This document shows, one piece after another, positions 40,030 to 53,868 of a stretch of DNA of 64,000 nucleotides. The stretch is from Octopus vulgaris (lineage: Eukaryota), in assembly GCA_951406725.2 (NCBI GenBank), contig OX597817.1:73842001-73906000 (forward strand). The letters are read 5' to 3'. Both the position numbers and the translations under genes were made by a program. The notes beneath the pieces were generated by a model. It worked only from the letters and a program-made list of their open reading frames with translations. It did not search any database and had not been told where the DNA came from. Within the stretch, counting starts at the first letter, position 1. Every line of letters starts with the position of its first letter.

Positions 40030-43000
40030 AATTAACAACTTTTGAGCAGTTTAACAGATCCGTCGGTCCAGCATCCGAGGACGCCGTCCGACGGCATCGA
40101 CCCTGCCTCTCCAGGAACCCAGCCGCAAACCCACCGATTTATCAGCATCGATTTTAGCCCCTGCTACCAACTCACATTCCTTCAGGATAGTGCCGAGCGT
40201 CTTCACTTCGGAAGCGTTCGACACCATGAGGGTGGCCTCGTCCACTGCCCTTTCGTGTCCCAGTTCAAAAGAGATGCCCCTTAACTGTTCCAATTTCCGC
40301 AGTAGTGGCTCGAATGCCAATACGTATAGAAGTGGCGACATCGGGCAGCCTTGACGGACTCAGCATGCAATGTCAGACGGTTCCGATAGGTAACCGTTTA
40401 CTTTGGCCACTGAACAGATGCCGCTGTGCATTTCAGCGATCTAGCTTCTGAAAATGGGTCCGAAATCGTCTGCTTTCAGGATGGCTTCCACGTAGCGATG
40501 TTTGACCCTATCGAATGCTTCCGATTGATCCAAATTGATCAGAGCTCCCTCGAAGCCAGCTTTGGTCCCAGTCCTCTCTATGACGTATCGCAAGGTGGAG
40601 GTTGTCGTGGATAGACCTGCTAAGGATTACGCACGTTTGCGCTTCTCCGGCCACGCTACCGACGACAAGCGCCAACCTTTCCACTAACACCTTGGCCAAA
40701 ATCTTAAACTCTGTTTTTAGCTGAGTTATGAGCTGAAAATTCCCTAGTACATCCCTATGGTAGGCGTCCTTCCTCAGCAGTGTCACAATACTGAGAATTC
40801 TCCTGTTATGTTGCCAGTTGCGGTAGACGTCTGTTAAGAGATCGTCAAACAAATCTAGCATCAATACTTAGAATACATGGGCAGACCATCGAAACAGGGC
40901 GATCTGTGACTTGTGCAATCGCTCATCGCCTCCCGAATTTCAGCAGCTGTTATCGGCTTTTGACATAACCTGGCACCAGCTGCCGAGAGACGCGGCAGAC
41001 AGTCCAGGTACGAATTAACGTCCACTACCGTCGTCGACTCATCACCCTTCCCATACAGCTGCGCGATGTGCTGTTGAAAAGCCGCACACGTCTTCTCGGA
41101 GACAACAAGCACGCGCCCATCTCGATCCGTCAAAGCTCTAATCGTGGTTTTGTTTTCACGTCGCGTCTCCACCGTTTGGGCCCATCAGAGAGCTTTAGTT
41201 CTTTCCTATTTGAGCACACAGGTCTTAGCTCTGACAACGCAATCTTCGTGTTTCGCTTCGAAGAAATAATCAAGGGCTATTCTCGCCGCTAACTCATCGG
41301 TTGCGACGCCCTTCCTAATCGCCTCTTCTAATTTGCTAACTAGTTCACTCGCTAATCTATTCCTTTCTATAGCTAACCCTTTGCTAAACGCTATCGGTAT
41401 TTCTCTAATCAGCTACTTCGGGGCGGCCCACTACCGGTTGTTGAAGACTGTCCCCATTACCTGCCGCTTAACTAGTTCACTAATGCGGTCACTGTAGTCT
41501 TTGCAGGCGGAAAAGGGCGCGTTTAACTTACAGTATCGGCATACTTGTCCACGGGTCCTATCTAACTCGACTGTACGGGTCACAAATGTGTGGCCTGTGT
41601 AACCGACCAATTGAAATTGTGGGCAACTTACTCTATCTCTATGCATTGATCTAACAAATACTTTATCTAGATACGATCTGGATGACCCATTGTGGTTCTC
41701 CATATCCACACTGACACATCAGAGAAATCCAGTCGATACCTATCAGACAATGGGAAGATTTTGAGTAGGTTTTCGAGGCTTTTGTTCTCCCTTCTTCTGT
41801 GTACTAGCACCACACAGTCCTTCCGTGCGTCCATGATCCCATTCCAGTCCCCTCCTAGAACTAAACTACGACAAGTTCCCAGGAATATTTATAGACGCCT
41901 GAAGAATTCTTGCCTTCCAGCCCCTGTCGAGGCATAAGCGATCACCAGTCTAAGGGCGCCACCTTCATTGCCATTCCCATCTAGGACCACCATCCTGCCG
42001 CCCGCGTCCAAGAAGATTACCTATACTTCGAGATTTTCGGACCTGCCTCCCGCTCCCGACAGACCACATGCTGAGAATATCTCACAGTAATCGAAAATGG
42101 GTGCTATTGCTTGTGCATTGGAAATCCTTGTCTCGCTAATTGCAGCCACATCTAAATCGAGCGACCTGGGGTTATTTAGCAAGTAATCTTACTTCCGAGC
42201 TGATCCAAGGCCACAACATTCAAGCACTTCATTCTGAAAATCATGTTTATCGGAGAAATAAAATGGAAGATCACTTACCTTGGATTTTGAGAATGTCGGC
42301 TGATTCAGCTGCCTTGTCTGAAACATTATCTTTAATGAAGGGCCTCCCCAAAGTCCTTTTGTCCGGCTTTAAACGGCCTAATATCTTTTGGATATTTTCT
42401 TTTTAGTTCTAGCTATGTGCATGTGTCAGTTTTTCTAAGCTGTCTGTCATGGAAACATTTCGAAAGAATTCGTCGAACCCTACTCATTTTGTATGAATAT
42501 TCATGTTGTTCACCACTTCCTGCATCAGCTCGCTGTTGCTCTTGCGAATGACTGTGAAGTTGATGAGGCGTTCTGTAGTAAGTTGTACCGGTTGTTCTTG
42601 TGACTGTTGTTTCTTTTCGTGTATTTGTTTCTGTTTTGGTGCTTTTTGTAGTTGTGTTTGTGGTTGAAAGTATTTACATTGCTTTTGTTGTTGGGATTCG
42701 GGTGAGTGCGTCGATGTTGTTGTTAGTGTAAATGGTGGATTAGGTGAATTTTCCTCGTCCTGTATTATCACTTTTTAGCTTAGGACGGCCATATGTTTTT
42801 AATATTTTCCCGCTTTTCCCAAACACAAGTCCTTCTTGGCAGATTCAATTCCTTCTCGTCGCATGATAAGGCTTCTGAATCTCCAATGTCGGCAGTACAT
42901 GGCGTATCTGTGTCGCCCGTTGCAGTTCAAGATGTTGTTTAATGGCTGTTGCTGCATTAATTGTTGTTGCAGCTTTAGGCCTTCTTGTGATGATGGTAAC

Positions 43001-43560
43001 AGGGCCGCTGTTCCTTTAGCTCCATTTTGTTGTAGCTGTTGTGAGCAGAGGGCCTTCAAATGAGTGTTAGACCCACAAGTGTGGAACCTTGGCTTTCTAC
43101 CTTCCGCCACGACCTGAAATTGTGCTCCGTTAGGCAGCTCGATAATGTCTGCAACTGAGTTTTTCTTTCTTTTTTCCATTTTCTTTTTACTTAATCTTAG
43201 GAAGCAACTGAAGACTACCTTACCATTAGTGTAAATGAGCGCGAAGGTTAGATGCTTGAACAATCTTGAGCTTTCATGAGCTTCATTGGGTATTTTACGT
43301 TAGACTAGATGTTAAAGAAGTCAAGAACATGAACCAACTCCTTCAGACGTTTCAATTTCCACGGTATAAGATTGTAGTTCACCTGCAATTAGCGACTCTT
43401 CTATCACTTGTTCCGAGCAGTCAAGGCCGCGGTAGCCACATCACCAACCGTAGTATTAGATGTCGGGGATCGAAATTATCACTTAATGTATCCCATAAGC
43501 ATCTACTTTTATCAAATGGACAAAGCATAAGCTCGTTGGGTCTCTTTTAATGAGCTCCGT
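40030..43560 (-). mobile_element. Tx1/L1-clade non-LTR retrotransposon, decayed, 3'-truncated (ORF1 ~43560-42400; ORF2 EN-RT ~42230-40030)
   Basis: ORF1 IELPNG..EGRKPRFHTCGSNTHLKALC (broken knuckle). APE endonuclease DVAAISETR, YLDKVFV. RT SPCFDGLP, ITQLKTEFKILAKVL, LDQSEAFDRV, VRQGCPMSPLLYVLAFEPLL. Frameshifts throughout. Confidence 0.92.
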
Positions 43561-43617
43561 ATTTATAGTGTGTCATAGTTATAATTGTTTTGTCATTTTA
43601 TTTATATACATGGGATT

Positions 43618-44040
43618 CAAATTTTCACACAAGGTCAGAAAGTTCGGGTAAGGGCAAAGTCGATTACATCAACTTGTACTTATTTTATCGACCCCGAAAG
43701 GATGAAAGGCAAAGCTGACCTCTGTGGAATTTGAATTCAGAGCATAAAGAAAGGCGAAATGCCACTAAGCATTTTGTCCGGCGTGCTAACGATTCTGCCA
43801 GCTCACACCTTATCTTAATCATATATATTAATGTCTAATATTGGCACATGGTCTTAGATTTGCTGGGTAAGTTTAGTTGATTAAATCGATGCATCTACTT
43901 ATTTGCTACATTTTTAACAATTTCAGAAGGATGAGAGCCAATATTAATCTTGGTGGGACTTGAAAATCAATATGTAAAGAGACATTTTTGAACTCCATAA
44001 TGTATTTTGTTCGATGCTCTGTTGTTTCTGCTATCTACCA
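43618..44040 (-). mobile_element. Two family A SINE copies
   Basis: Clear copy at 43618-43811 and a more decayed copy at ~43840-44040. Confidence 0.75.
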
Positions 44041-45459
44041 CATTATGTTAGGTTAATATGTTAAAGGAAAATATTGAAGAAAAAGGGAAAAAATTGTCGT
44101 TTTATTGGCGTCGGTGAGAGGAAATATTGTCACAAGAAATAAGTGCTACATTTTTTGAACTAGGAAAACAAAAAGCACAAGGAAAGAATGCCACTTATAA
44201 TTTAAGCATCACAAACAATAGTTAAAATAATTAAACAAATAATATTCTAAGCCTGTTAATAACTGGCAATGTGTGACTTGTTCACAATGACAACACAGTT
44301 CATACAATGGAATTACATAAATGTTGGCAAAAATCACGTTTATTCGATATCTTTAAAAAATGAAAAATATAAGTACCATTTATTGAAATTTTCCTGTGAA
44401 TTTTTTTCTTCCCTTGTGACTAGTTTTCTTGTATTCAGCTTAGTCATCAGTTTACATCTAGTATTAAGGAATTGTACCGAACAGCCGAACAGAAAAAAAA
44501 AAAAGATAGGGGATTATATATGAAAAGAAACTAATATTTATGTTGAGTCTTCAGTTGTCTGTTTAACGATATAGCTTTAAGAAACAAATCAACAACAATG
44601 AATGTATGTTGCTGTTGTTTAGCTTCGAGTCTGCTGTTATTGAAGAGACATATTTTCAAAGGCATACTATCCGTCAGTTTCTTTCTTTTCTTTTGCTAAT
44701 TTTATTTCTTCAACTATATTGTATATGAGACGAATCCATCCGTTTTTTTCTTTCTGTTTTTTTTATTTTTTTAAGACGGTGGGACTGAAATTTGAGGAGG
44801 GTTTAGTTTCTATTTCTTACAGGTCGAGGGCCCGCGCAGACAATCCTTTTTTGCTCGTGTAGAAAGGTATATCCAGCGGCGACAACGGCAACAGCAGCAG
44901 TAGTAGTAGTGGTAGTAGTAGTGACTCGAAATGAGCCTTGTTCAAACAGACGTGTTCCATTTGTTATCAAGCATCCCATCCCGTTTCGTTCTGTCTTTTA
45001 TTCTTAAACTTAATTCCAAGTTTATCAAGGACTACAATATCCAAAGGAATTCTTACTTCCTTCCTTTATTTATTTATTTATTTTTTTTTTTCATTTTTAT
45101 TTTTGACGTTTTTGAAGACAATAGCTTGTGTGTTACAAATGAGCGGGTTACATACGTGTTAGTTAACCATGATATTTACATATTGCGAAATCCTTCGAAT
45201 ATCTTTGTTGCAAAGAAGAAGAGAGGAGGCAAAGGAGGAGGGGGGAAGAAAGGGAGGAAAGAAGAGAGGAAGGAAGATTCTCTCTATAACACTCCCCTCT
45301 TTCCCCGTATCTCTGCAGCTAAAACCAAGATTTTGTTTACAAAGATAACACAAACGAAGCACAAGAAACAAAACAACAAAGTTAAACAGTTTATTTTCAA
45401 GCGAATATCTCCTGTGAACTTTGTCCATAGTCGAAAATGCGAAATATGCTCGAAGGTGC

Positions 45460-46020
<561 letters not shown>

Positions 46021-46647
46021 TCTGCTCACTCCCTTATATGATGTATTTGTGTGCATTGATATACTTACAAGCATGCATACGTATGCATACGTGTGTATGC
46101 CTATGTGTCAATATGTATTTGTGTATATACGTATGTGTCAATATATATTTGTGTATATGCGTATGTGCTTTGTAAGTGTATGAGCATATTCATGTATAAG
46201 CCTATATATGTATGTGTGCATATATTTACATGGTTATCTATGTGTATATATGCGTTTATGTTCTATGTGTTGAGAATGTTTACAGTAAATCTTAGTCTTT
46301 ATTTGATTAGCTGTCTTTGTTGTAGTGTTTGCATAAATTGGAAAAATTTTCTCTTATTATCCCGGATGTAAAACCATGAAATATGATGTTTCACTTAAAG
46401 TAAACAATAAGAAATATTACGAGCCAACAATGGAACTCTATGTGGTCGCTAGAAATAGCAACCAAACCTCTCCCAAATAACGTTGAATCAGAGCTGTTTT
46501 AAAATCATTACAGGCGTCGTGGTATGGGAAAATATAGAGCCTTCTACATATATAACCAATGCGTACGTAGGTTAGTATTGGACTCCCTACCTCAGGACAA
46601 CTGCCTTAAGATGGCTTTACTGCATTGAATAATGTAGTCATTAATTA

Positions 46648-46899
46648 TTTTGCCGAACCACTAAGTTACGGGGACTTAAACACACCAGCATCGATTGTCA
46701 AACGATGGTGGTGGGGACAAACACAGGCACACAAATATATATATATATACGACGGACCTCTTTCAGTTTCGACTCACAAGGCTTTGGTCGGCCCGAGGCC
46801 ATAGTAGAACACACCTGCTCAACGTGCTACGCAGTGGGACTGAACCCGGAAGCATGTGGTTGGGAAGCAAGCTCCTTACCACACAGCCACGCCTGCGCC
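46648..46899 (-). mobile_element. Family B SINE
   Basis: ttttgccgaaccactaagttacgggg...ttaccacacagccacgcctgcgccc. Confidence 0.85.
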
Positions 46900-47639
46900 C
46901 AAAAGAGAAAAATACAAAACAAAAAGTAGCAATTGAACGACCTTTATCAGCTTACTTGTGGGCGGCCTAGGGCTAAATATAACTACAACAACAGCAACAA
47001 AAGCGATAATAATAACAGTGACAAAAGCTATTACATTCTGGAGAAAAAAATTAATAATTGAATAGGAAATTATATGGATGTGAACACTGGTATGACTAGA
47101 TTTCCATAAATTCATTATGCTTTTCATTCACAACGAAGCTTTAAACCTCTACCTTGGTTTATTATATGCTGGTGAAATATATCTTCTTCTCTTCTTCTTC
47201 TCCTCCCCTCCCCTCCTCTCTTTATACATACATATGTGTGTATGTATGGGGGGGGCAGAGATAGACAGAGAATGAGAGAGAGAGAGAAAGGGAGAGAAAG
47301 AAAGAGAGAGAGTAAGAGAGAAAGAGTGAGAAAGAAAGCGAGAGAGAGATAATTTATCCTCTTTTTCTCTCTCGATCATAATTCTCCTCTTCTCTTCGTT
47401 TCCCAGGTTTTCTCCCTACCATCCTCACATACCTCGATATTATACAAAGCACTTCTTTCTTTGATACTTCAGTCCATCGAGAGTTACAGTTGGAGAATTA
47501 ACCCTGCAACGGACTACCCGTTCAGGGCGCCTTCCGTTTTTCACTTTAAGTTGTTTAAACACCAAATATATCAGGACAAGCTTACACTTATAACAAAATA
47601 AAACTTAATACGAAAGTCTAGGCCCTTGAATTATTGTGT

Positions 47640-47795
47640 ATACTACAGGATTCCACACAGTTTCTGTCCATCAAATTCATTCACAAGATATTAGTCGACC
47701 CGAGGCTATAGTAAAAGATGCTAGTGTCGCACTGTGGGCTGAACCCAAAGTCACATGGCTGCAAAGCGAGCTTCTTAACCAGAGAGCCATGCCTG
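47640..47795 (-). mobile_element. Family B SINE 5' part, diverged
   Basis: cagtttctgtcca..caaattca..cccgaggctatagta..cttcttaacc..agccatgcctg. Confidence 0.65.
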
Positions 47796-48269
47796 ATGTA
47801 AGAAGCATTGAAAATTCAATTGATTAACAATTCTTGCATGTTGAGGAAAAGACAATATTAGTTCAGCTGATTAAAATAATATTAATTATTGAACCAATGT
47901 TGTTTTTCGTACTCCAGTTAGATTTTAAATCCAGGAAAAGGTTAGAAAAAAAAATCACAGAAAAATATCACATAAAATAATCACGTAAAAATCAAAGAGT
48001 GAGATCACAGGAAAGAATGTCACAGAAAAAAGTCACAGGAAATTAGTTACAGGAAAAGTTTTAATAAATGACTAGTTTAATGTGTTTTTTTGTGTTTGTT
48101 TTATTGCTTTACTTTAGGTATTAAATAAAAGTTGATTTTTTTTCTCAGATGATATTTTATTGCTTATTATATTGTAGTACCACCCACTTTCCTAACTAGT
48201 CTAAAGTTTACTAGCAGTGATGAGTCAATGGTTGTAAGCTAGTAGGCTGTATAAAAATACAGAAGTATG

Positions 48270-48430
48270 TAGACGTCCCTCGTAACCTCGCGGTTCGGCA
48301 AAAGACAACGATAGAATAAGTACCAGATTTAAAGTAAAATAAGTAATGAGGTCGATTCGTTCGACTAAGGTGCTGCCCATCATGGCCGCAGTCTAATGAC
48401 TGAAACAGATAAAAGGTAAAAGATAAAAGA
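48270..48430 (+). mobile_element. Family B SINE 3' tail
   Basis: gcggttcggcaaaagac..gatagaataagtacc..catggccgcagtctaatgactgaaaca. Confidence 0.8.
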
Positions 48431-48936
48431 AGGCGTATATCTGCTCAATTCAAAAAGGTATAACTTCCTGGTTCCTTCACACCTTAAAAGGTAACGTCTT
48501 TGTCATTAGTCAATAGGGGCCTGAGCGGCCGCTATTAATATGTGTCGGTCGCCGTTCAAACCTCAAATGCTCTTGGACCACTTATTACCGTTTTCATCCG
48601 CAAAATCGGGATAACGGCGTCCCCGTCTGAGAAATTAGCCCCTCCTGGTGGGGGGCGTTGCAGCAAGCGTCACTGGCTATTCTCTGCGGCAACGCCATCG
48701 CAATCATTACCGCGGGGCGCAGCTGAACACCCCATTTATTCAGGGAAGTGCGGCTTGTTGCTCCCTCTTCCTATTCCTCCCCGCACTTTTTTGTTTTCTG
48801 TTTCTTTGTTTCCTTGTTATTAAATTGTGATAATAAAAGTATTTACCTATGTATTGATAAATAAACTGTGCTAACACGAGTGTACATCTGATGTGTATAT
48901 ATCTGAGAATTTGTTGTTGTTATTATTATTTAACCT

Positions 48937-49155
48937 TAAGGCGGTGAAATGGCAAAATCGTTTGCACACAGGGAAATTTTCTTAGCGGCATTTCGTTCGT
49001 CTTTACGTTCTGAGTTCAAATTCCGCTGAGGTCGTCTTTGCCTTTTCATCCTTTCGAGGTCGATAAAATAAGTACCAGTTGAACATTGGGGTCGATGTAA
49101 TCGACTTATCCCTTCTCCAAACTTGCTGGCCTTGTGCCAAAATTTGAAACTATTA
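48937..49155 (+). mobile_element. Family A SINE
   Basis: aaggcggtgaaatggcaaaatcg...gtcgataaaataagtaccag...ttgtgccaaaatttgaaac. Confidence 0.88.
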
Positions 49156-49349
49156 TTATTTAACCCCACCTCAGCCTTAAACAGACCTTTGATCAAATGC
49201 ATTCTAGCCGTGACTATCCCATCTTTGTAGAAGTTTCTGGAACTGTATCTATAAGTATTCTGAAATGTCCTTCTCATTCTGTTTTTTTCTTTCTTTTTTC
49301 TTAAACGGAGTTGTTTGATTTGAGAGAAATTTAGCTACTGTTTAACCCT

Positions 49350-49595
49350 AAAAGTTAAAGTTACTTTCTCGAGTCATGCCTCATAAGGACCGGTTTACCG
49401 GTTTCAGAGTGTATGAATTTCCCACTTGGACGGGACACTGGTCCGTCGCAGGATTACTCATTTTTGCCAGCTGAGTGGAGCAACGTGAGGTGAAGTGTTT
49501 TGCTCAAGAACACAACGCGTCGCCCGGTCCAGGAACCGAAACCACAATCTTACGATCATACGTTCAACACCCTAGCCACTAAGCCACGTGCCTCC
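49350..49595 (-). mobile_element. Family C SINE
   Basis: Head ggaggcacgtggcttagtgg, gtgttcttgagcaaaacacttca, cagctggcaaaaatgagt, (aacttt)n tail. Confidence 0.85.
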
Positions 49596-50150
49596 GCTCC
49601 TTCTTTAGCTCCAAGTCAGTTCTGAACGAGCAGACCAGTGATCAAAGGTCATTATATACCCGGAGTAATTCCTTGGATTGGCATTTTAAGGGTATTTTGG
49701 AAAAACTACTGACATTACGAAACGCCTTGAAGCGACGACGGCTGGCAACGAAGTCCTTTGGGAACGAACAGAAAAACAAACACAAATATATACCTTTATT
49801 CTTCTTGACTAGCTATGCTGATTCCACTTTTTGCTATTTTTTTAGCCTTTACTGGATCTGTTCAAACAGATGTATGATGGAAATCATTCCAGACATTGCC
49901 ATCCCGTATGTTTTCAAGTGTAGTTTACACCGGACAATATTACCATAATATGTATTGTTAAAAATAATAGGGGGCTATTTGAAGAATATTTGGCTGCTAA
50001 TTTTAACAAATTGAGTCGCAATTGTTTAAGAGATTCCAGTGTATAAAGTCTCGGTAGACTGCAAGGATTGTTTATCAATAAGTCATTGATGGATAGGAAA
50101 TCATAGATTCGATAACATAGTATTTTACCTGTGAATATAAAACAACCCTA

Positions 50151-50368
50151 AGACGGCGAAACTTAGAATCGTTAACATGCTGGGGAAAATGTTTAGCAGC
50201 ATTCCGTCCATCTTTACGTTCTGAGTTCAAATTCGACCGAGGTCGACTTCGCCTTTCATCCTTTCGAGGTTGATAAAATAATTACTAGTTGAGTACGGGA
50301 GTGATGTAATCGACTCAACTCCTTCCCCAAAATTGCTGGCCTTGTGCCAAAATTTGAAACCAATATGT
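50151..50368 (+). mobile_element. Family A SINE with 10-bp TSD
   Basis: Flanked by aacaacccta at 50141-50150 and 50369-50378. Confidence 0.88.
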
Positions 50369-51131
50369 AACAACCCTATCTTAGCGATGTCATAATTTAA
50401 TCTAAGGAAAAGTGCTGATTGTAGAAAATAGTGAAATTATTCTATGGCGTCTACTTGGAGTCTTTTAGCATTGTAATATAGATTCCTTTCTCATATCACC
50501 ATATTCTAAATGAATATATCCAATCAAGGAAAGATGACATCGCTTAAATATTGCGTACGCATTATCATGTAATTGGGTACATCTTAGGTACATTTTTGCC
50601 AAGATTATAATTAATTGCAATTTAAACAAAACGTATTAATTGCTAATCAAGCTTTTGTTGTTTCATTGCGTTCTAGTGTGAACGAGAGCGTATTGAAATT
50701 TCATTGTAACCATATACGCACACACATATATACGCACACACATATATACACATGCACACTCTTATTTATATCTATCTATCTATCTTTCTTTCTTTCTACC
50801 TGTATATACATACATAGGTGTATAAGTATGTATATAGCTATATATAAATATATATGCACGCATGCATTAAAAAATATACATAGATACATACATACAAGCA
50901 TACATATATACATATATACAAGCATATATATATATGCATACACACACACACACACACATACATACTATGTTTGAAATAAGACTAAAATAGCCTTATCAAT
51001 CTAGGACTGCTCGAACAGATCTCAGCCAGGAACAAAAGTAGTAACACCATCAACAACAATAACAACGCCAACACTTCGAAAATGGCGACGTTTCTATCCC
51101 AACCAACAGAATTGACAAATATATAATAGCG

Positions 51132-51165
<34 letters not shown>

Positions 51166-52080
51166 TTATGTATGTATGTATATGTGTATGTATGTACACA
51201 AGAATGTGTGTTCTCCATCATTTGGATGTTGATATCAGAAACAATGTCACATGATAAAATTCAATAAAATCTTGTATATGTTTACTGTTCCACTTACGGA
51301 TTGTATTTTTAATGTGCATATCAGGCATTTGATTTTTTTTCTGGAAACCTAAGCCTTTCCAGATTGTCACTTAGGAATTGACAAACGAAATCAAGTGCAC
51401 CAATTATCATTGGTGTTAATATGAATTTATAACAATTTGAAAGTTTCTTTTTAATCTTTGATTTTCTAAGAAATTTTCACATTAGTAGAGTAGCTGACCT
51501 CTACGAATGTACATATTTCTTTGTCCAAAACAACTATATACAACCTAATTTACATTTGACTTTAAGATACGTACGATGGGAATGTTCCATCAATATTCCT
51601 CGCGTTAATGTTTATGTATGTACTCAATAACAGAAGGATTCTCTATATCCCAGGACAGTCTTTTTTTTTTCGGATGGCTTTATATATTGTTGCTAGCAGT
51701 CGATGCTTATTCGCTTTTGAAAACATATAGATTTCAAGCGAAATACCTTCTCTGATTTCGAAAATAAAAATATTGCATTTCTAAATCTCTCAGAGAGATT
51801 TATAGAATAGCAGCACGATAAAGTGATGGTATGCTGCCAACTTAATGTGGCAGTCCCATGAAAAGGAAGAATGCTACAGAAAATGTGTCATAGCCAACTG
51901 GAAGCAGTGTTTCCTAGGGCTAAATAGCATTAAGTTGGCAACATACCATCACTTTATCGTGCTGCTATTCTATAAATCTCACTGGGAGATTTAGAAATGT
52001 AATATTTCTATTTTCGAAATCAGTGAATGTATTTCACTTGAAATCTATATAGTTTCAAAGCATCGACAGCTAGCAAGCCA

Positions 52081-53806
52081 CGACCCCCACTTTTTTTTTG
52101 AAGAATTCTTGCTGATTTTTGTTTGAAGCCACCATTGTTGGGTGGTAGTGAAATAATTGACAAAATGAAAAGTTATGCAGAGGCTACTGGAGGTTGAATT
52201 CCCCTGGACCCACGTGTGCTGAAGCTGGAGATGATGGAGTGGAAAGAGAAGATAACCAAATATTATGGTATGATAAAGAAAGAAGGGTCAATTATGAAAA
52301 TGACCCTACCAGAGGAGGAAAAAAGAAAAATGGAAAGCAAGACGGTCATATTCAGAACATTTTCGAATGTAAATAGGAGAATAAAAACACGCGCCGCAGG
52401 AAGAGATAGAGGAAATCTTGGAGGAACAAATGGGGAAAGGATAACTTTTTTTACAAGAGGAAAGAAATTTGCGACTATAGCAGTAACCTTTGTATCAGAA
52501 GAGGAGGCAAAAAACTGACAACAGGCTGTTACAGGGAGAGAAATTGACGTTGATGCCAAACTGTTTGGGCAAAAGAATCGTTAGGATTAGGGCGAGAAGA
52601 ATCCCAGTGTCGATAGACCCAAAATGGGTAACAGCCGCAATTATTAATTTAGAGCTGAGGAACAATGGAAAGACCTGAGGATCGGAATGATAAGCCAAAC
52701 ACAAGTGAAATGAGAGGGCTATGGTCTCGAAATAATCTGCGCAGTGAGGCCGGAATATTACGACGAAATGGCGGAAACATTGGAACTACCAAATGGAGAA
52801 AAGCTGGAAATAATGTTGTTGGGGTGGGGGAGACCCCCAAAGTGTTATGGATGTGGTGAAAGACGGCACTTGAGAAGGAAATGCCCTAGAGCTGCAGTAG
52901 AAATGGTAGAGGGGAGTGTTCAGGAAGATATAATGGTAGACAAAAAGCAGAAACAAAAAACAGAACAAGACGGGAATTTTGCGGAAGTGAAACTCAGAAA
53001 AAGAGAGAGAAGGAAGTTACCGACGGCAGTGGAATTAAAGAAGTGTAAAGCAATGGAAGAGGAAATCCTACCCACGACGAGAAACGGAGAAAATTTACCA
53101 GTAGAATTACTAGTAAAGGACTTACAAGTACATAGTTATTCAGACAAGAATCAAGACAACCCAGAATTACGGAAACCTAAAGACATAGACACACAGACGA
53201 AACACGTAGAATTACAGTCAAACGAACACACAGACACACAAATACACGAACACGCAGACACACAGATACAATCACAAGAAATCCAAAAACAGCAGAAATA
53301 TAGAGACAAAAAGAGACAACAATGAAAAACACAAACAAAAAGAAAAATTATAGTGAGATGTAGGACACCCCAACTTAAAAGACTGCAAAATTGAAGGACA
53401 TCGTGAGAAACTGAACCCATTGAGGCCGAAGGTGGATGAAGTGGTAAGTCGTAATTTAATTAGAAACTGTGAAAAACATTTGGTTGAACTTTTTAGTTTT
53501 AAAAAAGGAAAAGAAAACAAGTAAAGCAGGTATGAACATTTGTTTAAAAAGTTTATAATTGTAAGGTAAAAGCGAAAAGGGAAGTCGCGGTTTCGCCTCG
53601 GAGCGATGCTAGAAATTGTTATGTAAAATGTAAAGGTTTAAAGGAAAAGGAATCCACGGTTTCATCTCGCAGCGGGAGCGAGATGGCCGTCTCATTTGCA
53701 TTGTAATTTTATTCATTTCACATTCATCCTTTCATGTGTTTTTTGTTCCCGCATGTCTGTGTATGTACCGTCTGTGTTTAGGCCTTGTACCAGTAATAAA
53801 AAATCA
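52081..53806 (+). mobile_element. ORF1-only (HAL1-like) non-autonomous retroposon with 13-bp TSD
   Basis: TSD agctagcaagcca at 52068-52080 and 53807-53819. Disrupted ORF1 52165-53325; no EN/RT; ends aataaaaaatc. Confidence 0.85.
52165..53325 (+). pseudogene. Gag-like ORF1 with CCHC zinc knuckle (stops/frameshifts)
   Basis: MKSYAEA...; LELPNGEKLEIMLLGWGRPPK CYGCGERRHLRRKC = CX2CX4HX4C. Similar to ORF1 of the 40-43.5 kb element. Confidence 0.85.
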
Positions 53807-53825
53807 AGCTAGCAAGCCATGCTAC

Positions 53826-53868
53826 TCCAGACTGAGGACGAGCAATGACTCTGAAACTAGACTTTGGA
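53826..53868 (+). ncRNA. Minimal hammerhead motif, cleavage triplet mutated
   Basis: tccaga CTGAGGA c-gag-caatga-ctc-t GAAA ctaG AC tttgga: stem I 6 bp (one GU), GAC instead of GUC. Confidence 0.65.
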
